Source of the DNA: an uncultured Gemmatimonadota bacterium
GTDB taxonomy: Bacteria > JAAXHH01
Assembly (NCBI GenBank): GCA_951812955.1
Contig: OX638340.1
Location: 672,001 to 736,000 of the forward strand
Direction: 5' to 3'
DNA: 64,000 nt
The notes under the pieces are model-generated. The model did not search any database. It was given only the letters and a program-made list of their open reading frames with translations, and had not been told where the DNA came from. This document shows positions 49,107 through 58,813 of the stretch, piece by piece. Within the stretch, counting starts at the first letter, position 1. The number at the start of each line of letters is the position of its first letter. The position numbers and the translations under genes were made by a program.

Positions 49107-50924
49107 CTATCCTTCGCCTGTCAGCCACTGCCAGAATCGGAAGGGTTCCGGTTTCTTTTTAGTGGGATCCTCGAAGACGTCCCTGGTGATATAGAGATTG
49201 GTCTGCAGGTTGGACATCAGTTCGCCGCGCCAGGCCCTGTAGCCCCACTGGTTGGGTTCCAGGGACACTCCCCGGACGAAGGGCTTCCACATCTGGTTGA
49301 TCCGGATGTACCACAGGAAAATCCCGCCGGCTTCGTCGACCAGGATCCGCTCGGCGTCCCGGTACATGGCCATGCGGCCCTCCGGGTCGCCGACGAGTTC
49401 GTTGGCCTGCCTCACGAGTCGCTCGAAACGATCGTTGTGCCAGGCGTGCCGGCCGTTCGAAAGCCAGATGGTAAGCAGGTTTCCCGCGTCGATGAAGTCA
49501 TACTGGTAGGGAACCATCCCCAGGGTCAACTCCCGGTTGCTCATGGCGTCCAGGTAGACCTTCCGTTCCACGTTGCGTACACCGACATTCAGCGCAAGGT
49601 GCTGATTCAACATGGCCTGGACCGCCTCCGCGGCTGTCCGTATGTTTGCGGCCTCTCCGCGCAGCCAGATGTTCACCTCCGGAAAACCGCGTCCGCCGGG
49701 ATAGCCGGCCTCGGCGAGATAGCGACGCGCGAGATCGGGATCGAATTTCTGCAGTGGGGCCAGTTCCTCCGTGTTGGAACCAGGGAACCCGGGCGGCAGC
49801 ATGGAGGAAGCCGGTATGCCGACATCCCGCATGGCCGATTTGATGATGGCATCGACATCGATGGCATGGGCGAAGGCCTTGCGAACGCGCACATCGTCGA
49901 ACGGCGGGTTGAAGGTGTCCAGCATCAGGTAGTACGTTGAGAAGTCCGTATAGGCATTGAGTTGATCGCGCAGGACCCGATCCGCCTTGATCCGGTTGAT
50001 TTCGGCCTGGTTGGTCAGGGGGACGTAGTCTACTTCGCCGGCTTCATAGGCGGAGAGAAACTGCGGGGGAACGGCCAGGTTGTACAACCGGGCCACTACC
50101 CGTTCCAGCATGGGCCTGGTGGGACCCCGGTAGTTCTGATTGATTCCGAGCACGATGCGGTCGCCCTTGATCCATTCGACCAGGCGGTAAGGACCACTGC
50201 CGAAATGGGTTTCGGGCCGCGTCGCCCATTCAGGACCGTATTTATCAAACAAATGTGTCGGCGAAACCCAGCTTTTGGCGAGCAGGAGCGGCAGGTAGGG
50301 CGTCGGATTTTCCGTCGTGAACGCCACGGTGTGATCATCGAGGGCCTTGACGCCCAGGGAGTCGAGCGGAAGGCGTCGGCCAACGACGTCGGTCCAGTTT
50401 TTTATGGACCTGAAGTACCATTCGAAGTCGAAACCCGTCTCCGGATTCGCCCAGCGACGAAAGGTGGCCTCGTAGTCGCGGGCCGTCAGAGGATGGCCGT
50501 CTGCGAAGATCATCCCCTTGCGAATCTGGTAGGTCCAGGTCAGCCCGTCTTTGGACAGTTCCCACGAGGTGGCGCCCGCGGGCAGCAGGTTGAAATCCCG
50601 GTCCACGCGGACGAGCGGCTCGGCTACCAGTCCCACGCCCCACGCCTGCTTGTAGGTGGACGTGCCCCGGTCGAGGTACCGGTTGTCGGGTGAGAACTGA
50701 GTAAGGACCTGGAGTTCCGGCGGAGCGGCATCGGGAGGTAGCGTGACGCCGAATGAGTTTACATATCGTTCCGTCCCGCCGGCTTCGCTGTCGCCGTCAT
50801 CCTGCAGGGCCGGGACGGATAGGCTGGACAGCGCAAGGGCCGCCCCGAGGAAGGTCAGAACGGCCGCCGTGTGCACGCATCGCACGTTACGCAGGATGGA
50901 CACGGCCTGATAAGGTCGGAACAA
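49107..50924 (-). CDS. ABC transporter substrate-binding protein, family 5 (peptide/nickel/oligosaccharide type), orphan
   Basis: A signal-peptide-like N-terminus and a 600-aa SBP_bac_5 pattern (...LVEWIKGDRIVL...). No permease or ATPase genes are adjacent. Confidence 0.8.
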   Translation of the reverse strand: MFRPYQAVSILRNVRCVHTAAVLTFLGAALALSSLSVPALQDDGDSEAGGTERYVNSFGVTLPPDAAPPELQVLTQFSPDNRYLDRGTSTYKQAWGVGLVAEPLVRVDRDFNLLPAGATSWELSKDGLTWTYQIRKGMIFADGHPLTARDYEATFRRWANPETGFDFEWYFRSIKNWTDVVGRRLPLDSLGVKALDDHTVAFTTENPTPYLPLLLAKSWVSPTHLFDKYGPEWATRPETHFGSGPYRLVEWIKGDRIVLGINQNYRGPTRPMLERVVARLYNLAVPPQFLSAYEAGEVDYVPLTNQAEINRIKADRVLRDQLNAYTDFSTYYLMLDTFNPPFDDVRVRKAFAHAIDVDAIIKSAMRDVGIPASSMLPPGFPGSNTEELAPLQKFDPDLARRYLAEAGYPGGRGFPEVNIWLRGEAANIRTAAEAVQAMLNQHLALNVGVRNVERKVYLDAMSNRELTLGMVPYQYDFIDAGNLLTIWLSNGRHAWHNDRFERLVRQANELVGDPEGRMAMYRDAERILVDEAGGIFLWYIRINQMWKPFVRGVSLEPNQWGYRAWRGELMSNLQTNLYITRDVFEDPTKKKPEPFRFWQWLTGEG

Positions 50925-51154
50925 CGTCAGGTGTCCCTCTATCTACAGGTTGGATATTGTCATGGAGTCGATGGTGGATCTTACGGAATTCCAGTTGGAC
51001 TGTCAACGGTTTCGTCCCGTGACAGCGCACATAAAACAGGTGACACGTAACATCAGGGCATTTACTCTATACAGGTTCCGCCAGCGATGTAATCGCCTCC
51101 CGACTCGAGGCAAAGGGGAGTCTGGAGGACGGATTCCACAGAAAGGAAGACAGC

Positions 51155-52174
51155 ATGCCTATCGCCACGAGACAACTGGGAACAACGAACGCCCACGTGA
51201 CCGAACTGGGTTTCGGATCCGCGCCGCTTGGTGACCTGTTCCAGCCCGTCACGGACGCCAAATCCCGCGCCACGCTGCGGGCGGCCTGGAGGGCAGGTAT
51301 ACGCTACTACGACACTTCACCATGGTACGGCTACGGGAAGAGCGAACTGCGACTGGGCGAGTTTCTGCGTCAGAAAAGCCACGGTTCCTACGTGGTGTCC
51401 ACCAAGGTCGGCCGCGTGTTCAAGGCAACCAGGGACCTCAAGAATTTCGACTACGGCTTCTGGTGCGGTGGCCTGCCCTTCGATCACGTCTACGATTACA
51501 GCTACGACGGCCTCATGCGGTCCTACGAAGACAGCCTCATCCGCTTCGGAGTCCACCGGGTCGATCTTCTGTTGATCCACGACCTGGATCCCTTCTATCA
51601 CAACGAGGCCCAGATCCAGGCTTATCTTCATCAACTGTTCACCAGCGGCTGGCGCGCGCTGGCGGAGCTCAAGGCCTCGGGCGATATCAAGGGCGTGGGC
51701 GCGGGACTCAACAAGACCGGCATGATGCTGCGCTTCCTGGAGCTGATGCCCCTGGACTTCTTCATCGTGGCGATGCCTTACACCCTGCTGGACCAGGAGG
51801 CCCTCGACCGGGAGCTTCCCCGGTGCGTGGAAGACGGGATCGGCATCGTGATCGGCGCCGTCTTCGCTTCCGGAATCCTGGTCACCGGTCCCACGGAAAA
51901 CTCGACCTATGGTTACATGCCCGCGACGCCGGAGATCATGGAGAAGACACGGCGCATCCAGGCGGTCTGCGAACGGTACGGCGTGCCGCTGGCCGCTGCC
52001 GCCTTGCAGTTCCCGCTGTTTCACCCGGCGGTCGCGTCCGTCATCCCCGGTGCGATCAGGCCGGAATACGTCGAATCGAACCTGTCAAACTACCAGCACG
52101 AGATTCCCGTGGATCTGTGGGCCGAATTGAAATCGGACGGGTTGATACGTGAAGACGCTCCGACTCCCGGGTAA
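51155..52174 (+). CDS. Aldo/keto reductase
   Basis: ...LGFGSAPLG...YYDTSPWYGYGKSE... AKR catalytic tetrad context. Confidence 0.8.
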   Translation: MPIATRQLGTTNAHVTELGFGSAPLGDLFQPVTDAKSRATLRAAWRAGIRYYDTSPWYGYGKSELRLGEFLRQKSHGSYVVSTKVGRVFKATRDLKNFDYGFWCGGLPFDHVYDYSYDGLMRSYEDSLIRFGVHRVDLLLIHDLDPFYHNEAQIQAYLHQLFTSGWRALAELKASGDIKGVGAGLNKTGMMLRFLELMPLDFFIVAMPYTLLDQEALDRELPRCVEDGIGIVIGAVFASGILVTGPTENSTYGYMPATPEIMEKTRRIQAVCERYGVPLAAAALQFPLFHPAVASVIPGAIRPEYVESNLSNYQHEIPVDLWAELKSDGLIREDAPTPG

Positions 52175-52177
52175 CCG

Positions 52178-52921
52178 TTGATGGAATTCGAACTCTGGCA
52201 ACTGTTCCTGCTCGCCGGCGTGGGTGTTCTTTCAGGCTTCCTGAACGTCATGGCCGGCGGCGGATCTCTGCTGGCCCTCCCCGTCCTCATCTTCATGGGG
52301 CTCCCCGGCAACGTGGCCAACGGCACCAACCGCGTGGCCATCGTCGCCCAGAACGTTTCCGCCTTCACCAGTTTCTTCAGGAAGGGGTATTCGGAGTTAC
52401 GCACGATGCTGACCCTTGCGCTTTGCGCGGTGCCGGGGGCGGCGATGGGGGCGTACCTGGGTACCCAGGTCAGTGGCGAACTGTTCAATCGGATCCTCGG
52501 CGGCCTGATGATCGTGCTGCTGATCCTGATGAGCAGGAAACAGCGTGACGTGGCAGTAGTCGAAAATCCCCGGAGACTGGTGCTGGGACACTTCCTCATG
52601 GTCGCGGTGGGGTTCTACGGCGGATTCATCCAGGCCGGAGTCGGGTTTATACTCATGGCGGTGCTTTACCGTGTCGTCGGACTTGACCTCGTCCGGGTCA
52701 ATGCCTACAAGGTATTCATCATAGGCATATATACCCTGGTGGCGCTGGCCATATTCGCGGACAAGGGACAGGTGCTCTGGCTTGCCGGGGCCAGTCTGGC
52801 CGTTGGCACCACGATCGGTGGATGGATCGGCGCACATTTCACCGTCAAACGGGGCGAGAAACTGATCCGCGTCATCCTAAACGTGGTGCTGGTCGTCATG
52901 GCCGTAAGACTGCTGTTCTAA
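52178..52921 (+). CDS. TauE/SafE family (DUF81) anion exporter
   Basis: ...GVLSGFLNVMAGGGSLLALPVL... duplicated 4-TM repeats; 247 aa. Confidence 0.75.
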   Translation: MMEFELWQLFLLAGVGVLSGFLNVMAGGGSLLALPVLIFMGLPGNVANGTNRVAIVAQNVSAFTSFFRKGYSELRTMLTLALCAVPGAAMGAYLGTQVSGELFNRILGGLMIVLLILMSRKQRDVAVVENPRRLVLGHFLMVAVGFYGGFIQAGVGFILMAVLYRVVGLDLVRVNAYKVFIIGIYTLVALAIFADKGQVLWLAGASLAVGTTIGGWIGAHFTVKRGEKLIRVILNVVLVVMAVRLLF

Positions 52922-52943
52922 ACCCGGATAACCGGAGGTCGGC

Positions 52944-54356
52944 ATGGCTGATAAGGCAGGCGGGTCCAGGCCGAATGTCGTACTTTGTATTTGCGACCAG
53001 CTACGCGCTTTCGAACTGGGATGCTACGGGAACGAGGTCGTCCGGACACCCCACCTGGACCGATTGGCGACGGAAGGCGTCCGTTTCGAAACGGCGGTTA
53101 GCAACAACCCCGTCTGCATGCCCGCGAGATCCTGTCTCATGACCGGCCAGTACAGCCGGACCTGCATGGGCATGCTGGGCAACTACGCGGAGCCGAACGA
53201 GGATGGATCGACGACGATGCCGGAGTATCCCGCGGCGGGCCGTCCCCACCTGCCCGCGCCTACGCTGCCCGAAATGTTTAAAAGCCTTGGTTACGATACG
53301 GCGCTGATCGGTAAATGGCATATCCACACCGCGCCTGGTTCATCCGGATTCGACTACAGCCTCTATCCGCGGGTGCACCACCGTCACAGTGGACAGTCTT
53401 TCGTGGAGAACAACGGAGAGGAATTCCAGTTAGACGGGTTCAGCGTCGGATTCGAGTCGGACCAGGTCGGGGGCTACCTGCGAGACCGGGAAAACATAGA
53501 TAAGCCCTTTTTCCTCTACTACAGCATTTCTCCACCCCACATGCCTCTGATGGATGCGCCCGAAACATACCTGGAAATGTACGATCCCAATGATATCCCC
53601 TTGCGGCCCAATGTCTTCCGGGACGGCGAACTTCCATACGACGAGCACTGGTTCAGGGTCTATCTGTGGGACTTTCTCTTCTACGATAAAAACCTGCCGT
53701 TTACACGCGCGCTGCCCTCCGGATTCGATCTGCGTCGTCTGATCGCACTCTATTACGGCATGACGTCCTGGGTCGACGACATGGTCGGACGCCTCATGCG
53801 TTTTCTCAGGGCATACCGCCACGCGGAAAACACCATCGTCGTTTTCCTCTCCGACCACGGCGACAACCTCGGTAGCCACCATTTGTTCAACAAGGGCCGC
53901 GTGATCGAAGAATCCATCCGCATCCCACTGGTCTTTCACGCGCCGAACCGTTTGCAACCCCTGGTCAACACGACCTCGACGGCCCAGATCATCGACGTCA
54001 TGCCCACCCTCCTATCCCTTTGCGGCGGTTCCACTCCAGCCCACGTCCAGGGGAGAAACCTGGCCGGAACGATTTCGACTGGAGAAGCCCAGGGAGAAGA
54101 TGGCGCATTCATAGAGACGGGTAGAGGGGAAATCGGACTGCGGACGACGACCCACACGTACGGGATTCGTATCGATACGAAGACTGGCCGCGTACTGGAC
54201 GACCGGGCGGGTTTTTACGATTTGCGGACTGACCCTTACCAGTTGACCGACCTGCGGAACCCGGCCCTCGAGGACAATCTGGCAGCCGGCCTACGGGACC
54301 GGGTACTCTCCTGGCACTACGAAACGCCCTGGATGCACAGCGGTTCATTGGTCTGA
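52944..54356 (+). CDS. Cys-type sulfatase (arylsulfatase family)
   Basis: ...VVLCICDQLR...NPVCMPARSCLMTGQY... (C-x-P-x-R FGly motif) and C-terminal sulfatase blocks. Confidence 0.88.
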   Translation: MADKAGGSRPNVVLCICDQLRAFELGCYGNEVVRTPHLDRLATEGVRFETAVSNNPVCMPARSCLMTGQYSRTCMGMLGNYAEPNEDGSTTMPEYPAAGRPHLPAPTLPEMFKSLGYDTALIGKWHIHTAPGSSGFDYSLYPRVHHRHSGQSFVENNGEEFQLDGFSVGFESDQVGGYLRDRENIDKPFFLYYSISPPHMPLMDAPETYLEMYDPNDIPLRPNVFRDGELPYDEHWFRVYLWDFLFYDKNLPFTRALPSGFDLRRLIALYYGMTSWVDDMVGRLMRFLRAYRHAENTIVVFLSDHGDNLGSHHLFNKGRVIEESIRIPLVFHAPNRLQPLVNTTSTAQIIDVMPTLLSLCGGSTPAHVQGRNLAGTISTGEAQGEDGAFIETGRGEIGLRTTTHTYGIRIDTKTGRVLDDRAGFYDLRTDPYQLTDLRNPALEDNLAAGLRDRVLSWHYETPWMHSGSLV

Positions 54357-54378
54357 CTCGAAACAACCGGAAATACCC

Positions 54379-55584
54379 ATGACCGAGACGAGCCGGATTG
54401 GCAATAACCGACTGATTGCGTTGCTGTTCGGCATCATGTTCGTAGCCGTTGCGGACAACCAGATGATCTCCCCGCTCCTGCCCGACCTGATGTCCGCTTT
54501 CGGCATGGACGCGGGACAGGCCGGATTGCTGGTCTCGGTCTATGCGATCGCGGCTGCGGCCGTCTCCTTCGGCCTCGGTCCCCTGTCGGACAGCTGGGGC
54601 CGAAGGAAGATGTTATTCGCCGGGCTGATCGTGTTCACCACGGCGACCCTGATGTGCGGCCTGGCATGGGACTATGCTTCGATGGTAGCCTTCCGAGCCG
54701 TCACGGGTGCGGCCGCGGGGACCCTCTCACTGAACGTAACCGCGAGCATCGGGGACCACTTTCCCTATAAGCGTCGAGGCGCCGCCATGGGCATGGTAAT
54801 GTCGGGGTACTTCACGGCCATGATCCTGGGCGTGCCGGCGGGGGCCTTTATCGCGGAAGCCTGGTCCTGGCGGTGGGCCTTTTGCGCATTTGCGGGTGCC
54901 GGGCTCTTATTATGGTTGCCGGCGCTGGCCGTTTTACCCTCAAGGGCTCAGGTTGTACGCGGTGCCAACATAATCGACCTGGTGAAGCGTTATCGTAGAT
55001 TCCTCGTTCGCACCGGACCCCTGTCGGTCGTTGCGGCGTCGTTTCTCGTATCGGCATCCACGGTCGGTTTCATTACCTTCGTAGGGACCTGGCTGCGGGA
55101 CATTTACGGACTTTCGACCGACTGGATCGGCATGATATTTCTCTTCGCCGGTCTGGGCGCGCTATTGGGCAGTCCATTGGCCGGGCATCTCTCGGACCGG
55201 GTGGGAAAGAAGAGGATTGTCGTGGGCAGCGGGCTGGCGATGGCCGTCCTGCTGGCCGGTATACCGTGGATTACCGATCTGTTGCCGGTGGTATTCGCCG
55301 GGTTCATATTGACCGGCATCGCAGGGGCGTTTCGCCACGCGCCGCTGCAGGCACTGGTCACGGCCATGGCGACGGACGAGGAACGCGGCACCTTGATTGC
55401 GCTTAAGAACACCGTGGCGGAAATCGGCATCGCGACCGGAACGGCGCTGTGCGGCGTGCTTTACGTCGCCTTCGGATACGGCTCCGTCGGCGCGGCCTGC
55501 GGCGTCATGGCCGCTGCCGCGTCCCTCATCATCCTGCGCTGGGTGAGCGAACCGGGCGCTCCGGACGAAACGGGACCGGGTTAG
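54379..55584 (+). CDS. MFS transporter
   Basis: 12-TM profile with a ...GPLSDSWGRRKML... MFS loop motif. Confidence 0.8.
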   Translation: MTETSRIGNNRLIALLFGIMFVAVADNQMISPLLPDLMSAFGMDAGQAGLLVSVYAIAAAAVSFGLGPLSDSWGRRKMLFAGLIVFTTATLMCGLAWDYASMVAFRAVTGAAAGTLSLNVTASIGDHFPYKRRGAAMGMVMSGYFTAMILGVPAGAFIAEAWSWRWAFCAFAGAGLLLWLPALAVLPSRAQVVRGANIIDLVKRYRRFLVRTGPLSVVAASFLVSASTVGFITFVGTWLRDIYGLSTDWIGMIFLFAGLGALLGSPLAGHLSDRVGKKRIVVGSGLAMAVLLAGIPWITDLLPVVFAGFILTGIAGAFRHAPLQALVTAMATDEERGTLIALKNTVAEIGIATGTALCGVLYVAFGYGSVGAACGVMAAAASLIILRWVSEPGAPDETGPG

Positions 55585-55594
55585 ACTCGATGGA

Positions 55595-56323
55595 TCAGGA
55601 TTCGTCGTAGGCGGTCAGGCGCCTGATCCAGATGTTGCGGTACCTGACGGGATTGCCGTGATCCTGCAGCTGCACGGGGCCCGTCACGGCGTGGGGCGAG
55701 TCGTAGTTCGCCAGGTTCCTGTGCCCGGTGGGTCCAACGGCCTTCTGCCTGTGGTGCGCCACGATGCCGTTGTGCAGCACCGTCAGGTGTGTGCCTTTGA
55801 CCAGCCTGTCGCCGTCCCACGACGGCGCTTCGAAGACGATGTCGTAGCTTTGCCATTGCCCGGGTCCCCGGCTCGCGTTGATCAGGGGAGGGTACTGGCC
55901 GTAAATCGACGAGGCGGACCCGTCGGCATATGTCCGGTTGTTGAAACTGTCCAGCACCTGGATTTCATACAGTCCCAGCAGAAATACGCCGCTGTTTCCC
56001 CGGCCCTGGCTGTCTCCCGCGACTTCCTCGGGTGTAGCCCATTCCAGATGCAACTGGCAGTCGCCGAAGTGTGCTCGGGTCGAGATATCTCCCGTGCCGT
56101 TGACCTCCATATAGCCGTTTTCCACCTTCCAGGCGGCGGCGCCATCCCGGCCGGTCCACTGGTCGAGGTCCGATCCGTCGAATAACACGACCGCGTCCGA
56201 GGGCGGGCCACCTGCATCGCCGCCCGGGGTGACGACCCGGGGCTGCGGCCGGTCGCCATCGTGAACGCGCCAGGTGCCGCCCGGAATTACGGGAGTATCG
56301 CTGTAACCTACGGAATCCGCCAT
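55595..56323 (-). CDS. DUF1080 / 3-keto-disaccharide hydrolase family (GH16-like beta-jelly-roll)
   Basis: ...DLDQW...WKVENGYMEVNG...GNSGVFLLGLYEIQVLDS...GQWQSYDIVFEAP...NIWIRRL typical DUF1080 blocks. Confidence 0.7.
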   Translation of the reverse strand: MADSVGYSDTPVIPGGTWRVHDGDRPQPRVVTPGGDAGGPPSDAVVLFDGSDLDQWTGRDGAAAWKVENGYMEVNGTGDISTRAHFGDCQLHLEWATPEEVAGDSQGRGNSGVFLLGLYEIQVLDSFNNRTYADGSASSIYGQYPPLINASRGPGQWQSYDIVFEAPSWDGDRLVKGTHLTVLHNGIVAHHRQKAVGPTGHRNLANYDSPHAVTGPVQLQDHGNPVRYRNIWIRRLTAYDES

Positions 56324-56335
56324 GTATATCGACTC

Positions 56336-57451
56336 CTATAAGCAAACTTCGTGAATCATGCGTGAGTAGATGTCCACTGCTTCGTAAAGCTGCGGAATTT
56401 CCACGTATTCGCCCACCGTGTGGGCACGTTCGATGCTGCCTGGGCCCAGGACTACCATATCCAGCTGCTCTCTGAAATGGGGAGCGTCCGTCCCGTAGGG
56501 CACGGTTTCCGGCCGCTTACCGCCTGTGACTTCGGACGCCAGTTGCACGATGGGACTCGAAGGATCGGCGTAGAAGGGACGGGAAAGGGTGCTCGAAACC
56601 TCGAACCCGTAACTTTCGGCCCGAGAAACCAGTTCTTTCACCAGTACCTCGCTGTGATCGTCCGGCATCGTGCGGAAACAGACGTGACAGGTCGATCGCG
56701 CGGCGGAGACATTCTGCTTCGTGTCGTAGTCGGTGATTACCATGTTGAACCCGTTCGAAGGCGGATTGAACTCCGTGTTCCGGAACCGTTCATCCTCTTT
56801 TATCTGCTCCGACAGTTTGGCCATTTCGGCAAGGAAAGGGGCAATCTTGAAATTGGCGGATTCCCCGAGACCTGTGCTGGTGTGGGCCGCCCGGCCGTGG
56901 GCCGTCACCACGACGTGCGCCGCACCCTTGTGGGCGTACACCGGCGTCAGGCTTGTCGGTTCGGCCACCACGCCGAAGTCCGGTCGAAGGGTGCTCATGA
57001 TACCGGATTCCGTGGCTACCTGGTGCGCTCCGCCGCCACCCACCTCCTCATCGGCCGTCGCCACCACGATCAGCGGCTTCTTCAGACGGTCCGCATCCAC
57101 CTTTGCGGCGGCGATCATGGTGCATGCCAGGGGACCCTTCATGTCGCAGCTGCCCCGGCCCAGCAGCCGGTCGCCGTCGACCACGCCGTGATAGGCATCC
57201 CAGTCCTGTTCCTGCCCCGGGACGGTGTCCGTGTGGGACAGGAAGGCCAGTCCGCCTTCGCCTTCACCTTTGCGTCCGACGAGACTGACTTTCAGTTCGC
57301 CGTTTTCATCTTCGTAGGACAACCGTTCCACTTCAAGCCCGCATGCCTTCATCCGGTCTTCGACCAAATCGGATATGGCGGCGTTGCTCCACCGGCTGAC
57401 GGACTTCACATCCACGAACTCCTTCGTCATTTCAACTGGATCCAGACCCAC
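56336..57451 (-). CDS. M20 family metallopeptidase (ArgE/DapE-type deacylase)
   Basis: ...LSHTDTVPG...GRGSCDMKG...ATADEEVGG... metal-binding motifs. Confidence 0.8.
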   Translation of the reverse strand: MGLDPVEMTKEFVDVKSVSRWSNAAISDLVEDRMKACGLEVERLSYEDENGELKVSLVGRKGEGEGGLAFLSHTDTVPGQEQDWDAYHGVVDGDRLLGRGSCDMKGPLACTMIAAAKVDADRLKKPLIVVATADEEVGGGGAHQVATESGIMSTLRPDFGVVAEPTSLTPVYAHKGAAHVVVTAHGRAAHTSTGLGESANFKIAPFLAEMAKLSEQIKEDERFRNTEFNPPSNGFNMVITDYDTKQNVSAARSTCHVCFRTMPDDHSEVLVKELVSRAESYGFEVSSTLSRPFYADPSSPIVQLASEVTGGKRPETVPYGTDAPHFREQLDMVVLGPGSIERAHTVGEYVEIPQLYEAVDIYSRMIHEVCL

Positions 57452-57499
57452 GGAATCCCCCTCTCAAGATCGTCGTTATCGCACCCGTAATGGTGCTGT

Positions 57500-58489
57500 T
57501 CAGTCCGTCAGCCAGCTCGACATTTCGTCCCGCAATTCCGAGTCCGTCCTCAGGGCGAGGGCTTCGAATGCGTTATCGAGGTGGCCGGTATGCCGGGCGC
57601 CGACGATGACCGACGTGACATCCGGATGCCCCATTGTCCAGGCCATGGCCAGGCGCACCATGGGGAGTCCCCTGGAGTCCGAGAGGGCGCGCAGCCTCTC
57701 CACGTTTCGGAAATTCCGGTCGTTGAAGTAGATGTCCGCGTGACCGGGTATAACGTCGAATCGCGAGCCCCTGGGAAAGTCGTTCCGATCCGGCGTGTAT
57801 TTGCCCGTAAGGAAACCGGCGGCGAGCGGACTGTAGGACGTAACACCTACTTCCTCGCGCCGGCACAGGGGGAAGAGTTCGTCCTGCGCGCCGGGATCGG
57901 CCAGGTTGTAGGGAGGCTGGATCACCTCGAAACGGGCATAACCATGCCGCGCGGAGGCATCCAGGGCTTCCTGGAGTTGTGAAGCATTGAAATTGCTGCA
58001 CCCCACGGTTTTGATTCTGCCGGCTGTCACCGCCTGGTCCAGCACGGCCAGGCTTTCATCGATGGGAACGGATTCGTCGGGGGAATGCAGTTCGTAGATG
58101 TCAATGCAGTCCACCTGCAGCCGGTCGAGACTGACCTGAAGCGCCCGGGCTATGTTCTCCGGCTTGTTTCCGCTGCTCACCTTGGAACAGATCACCACTT
58201 CGTCCCTGCAACCCCGCTCCTTCATCCAATTACCAATGATGATTTCGGAAGAACCCATGACGTCCGAGGTCTCACGCACGTCATCGACCTTCAACACGTC
58301 ACGCCGGTATGTACGGGCGTTGCCGCCCCCGTACGCCTCCGCCGTGTCGAGCCAGTCGAGGCCGTTTTCGACGGCATAATCCAGAATGGCTACCGAATTC
58401 TCCTCGTCTATCTCACGGCCAAAGGTCACGCAACCCAGGCCGATGAAGCTGATCGACATATCGGTACGGCCGAGTTTTCGGTGTTCCAT
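57500..58489 (-). CDS. Aldo/keto reductase
   Basis: MEHRKLGRTDMSISFIGLGCVTFG...; ATG 58489 is chosen over the upstream extension. Confidence 0.8.
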   Translation of the reverse strand: MEHRKLGRTDMSISFIGLGCVTFGREIDEENSVAILDYAVENGLDWLDTAEAYGGGNARTYRRDVLKVDDVRETSDVMGSSEIIIGNWMKERGCRDEVVICSKVSSGNKPENIARALQVSLDRLQVDCIDIYELHSPDESVPIDESLAVLDQAVTAGRIKTVGCSNFNASQLQEALDASARHGYARFEVIQPPYNLADPGAQDELFPLCRREEVGVTSYSPLAAGFLTGKYTPDRNDFPRGSRFDVIPGHADIYFNDRNFRNVERLRALSDSRGLPMVRLAMAWTMGHPDVTSVIVGARHTGHLDNAFEALALRTDSELRDEMSSWLTD

Positions 58490-58650
58490 GCACACTCCCC
58501 GGTTGTATCCAACGGATACGATGGACGTCCTTGGCAAATCGCATCATGCAGCCGGACCGGCTGTGGTGTAAATGTACATCCGGCAGGATCAGGTGGGCAA
58601 GAGATGTTTGTCGTGGAAACCGGTAGGAAAGGGAGACTGAAGGCCGGCGG

Positions 58651-58785
58651 CCCGGACAGTCAGGCCCAAACGGCTGCGAATGACGATCCAGGTGGTCCGG
58701 GCTGTCAGGCCCAAACGGCTGCGAATGACGATCCAGGTGGTCCGGGCTGTCAGGCCCAAACGGCTGCGGCTGGCGATCCAGGCGG
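58651..58785. repeat. 45-bp tandem repeat x3 in the intergenic region downstream of the HtrA-like gene and upstream of the AKR gene
   Basis: ccgggctgtcaggcccaaacggctgcgaatgacgatccaggtggt repeated; the third copy is degenerate. Confidence 0.8.
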
Positions 58786-58813
58786 TTTTAGACAGTCCAG
58801 GCAGTCCAGCAGA

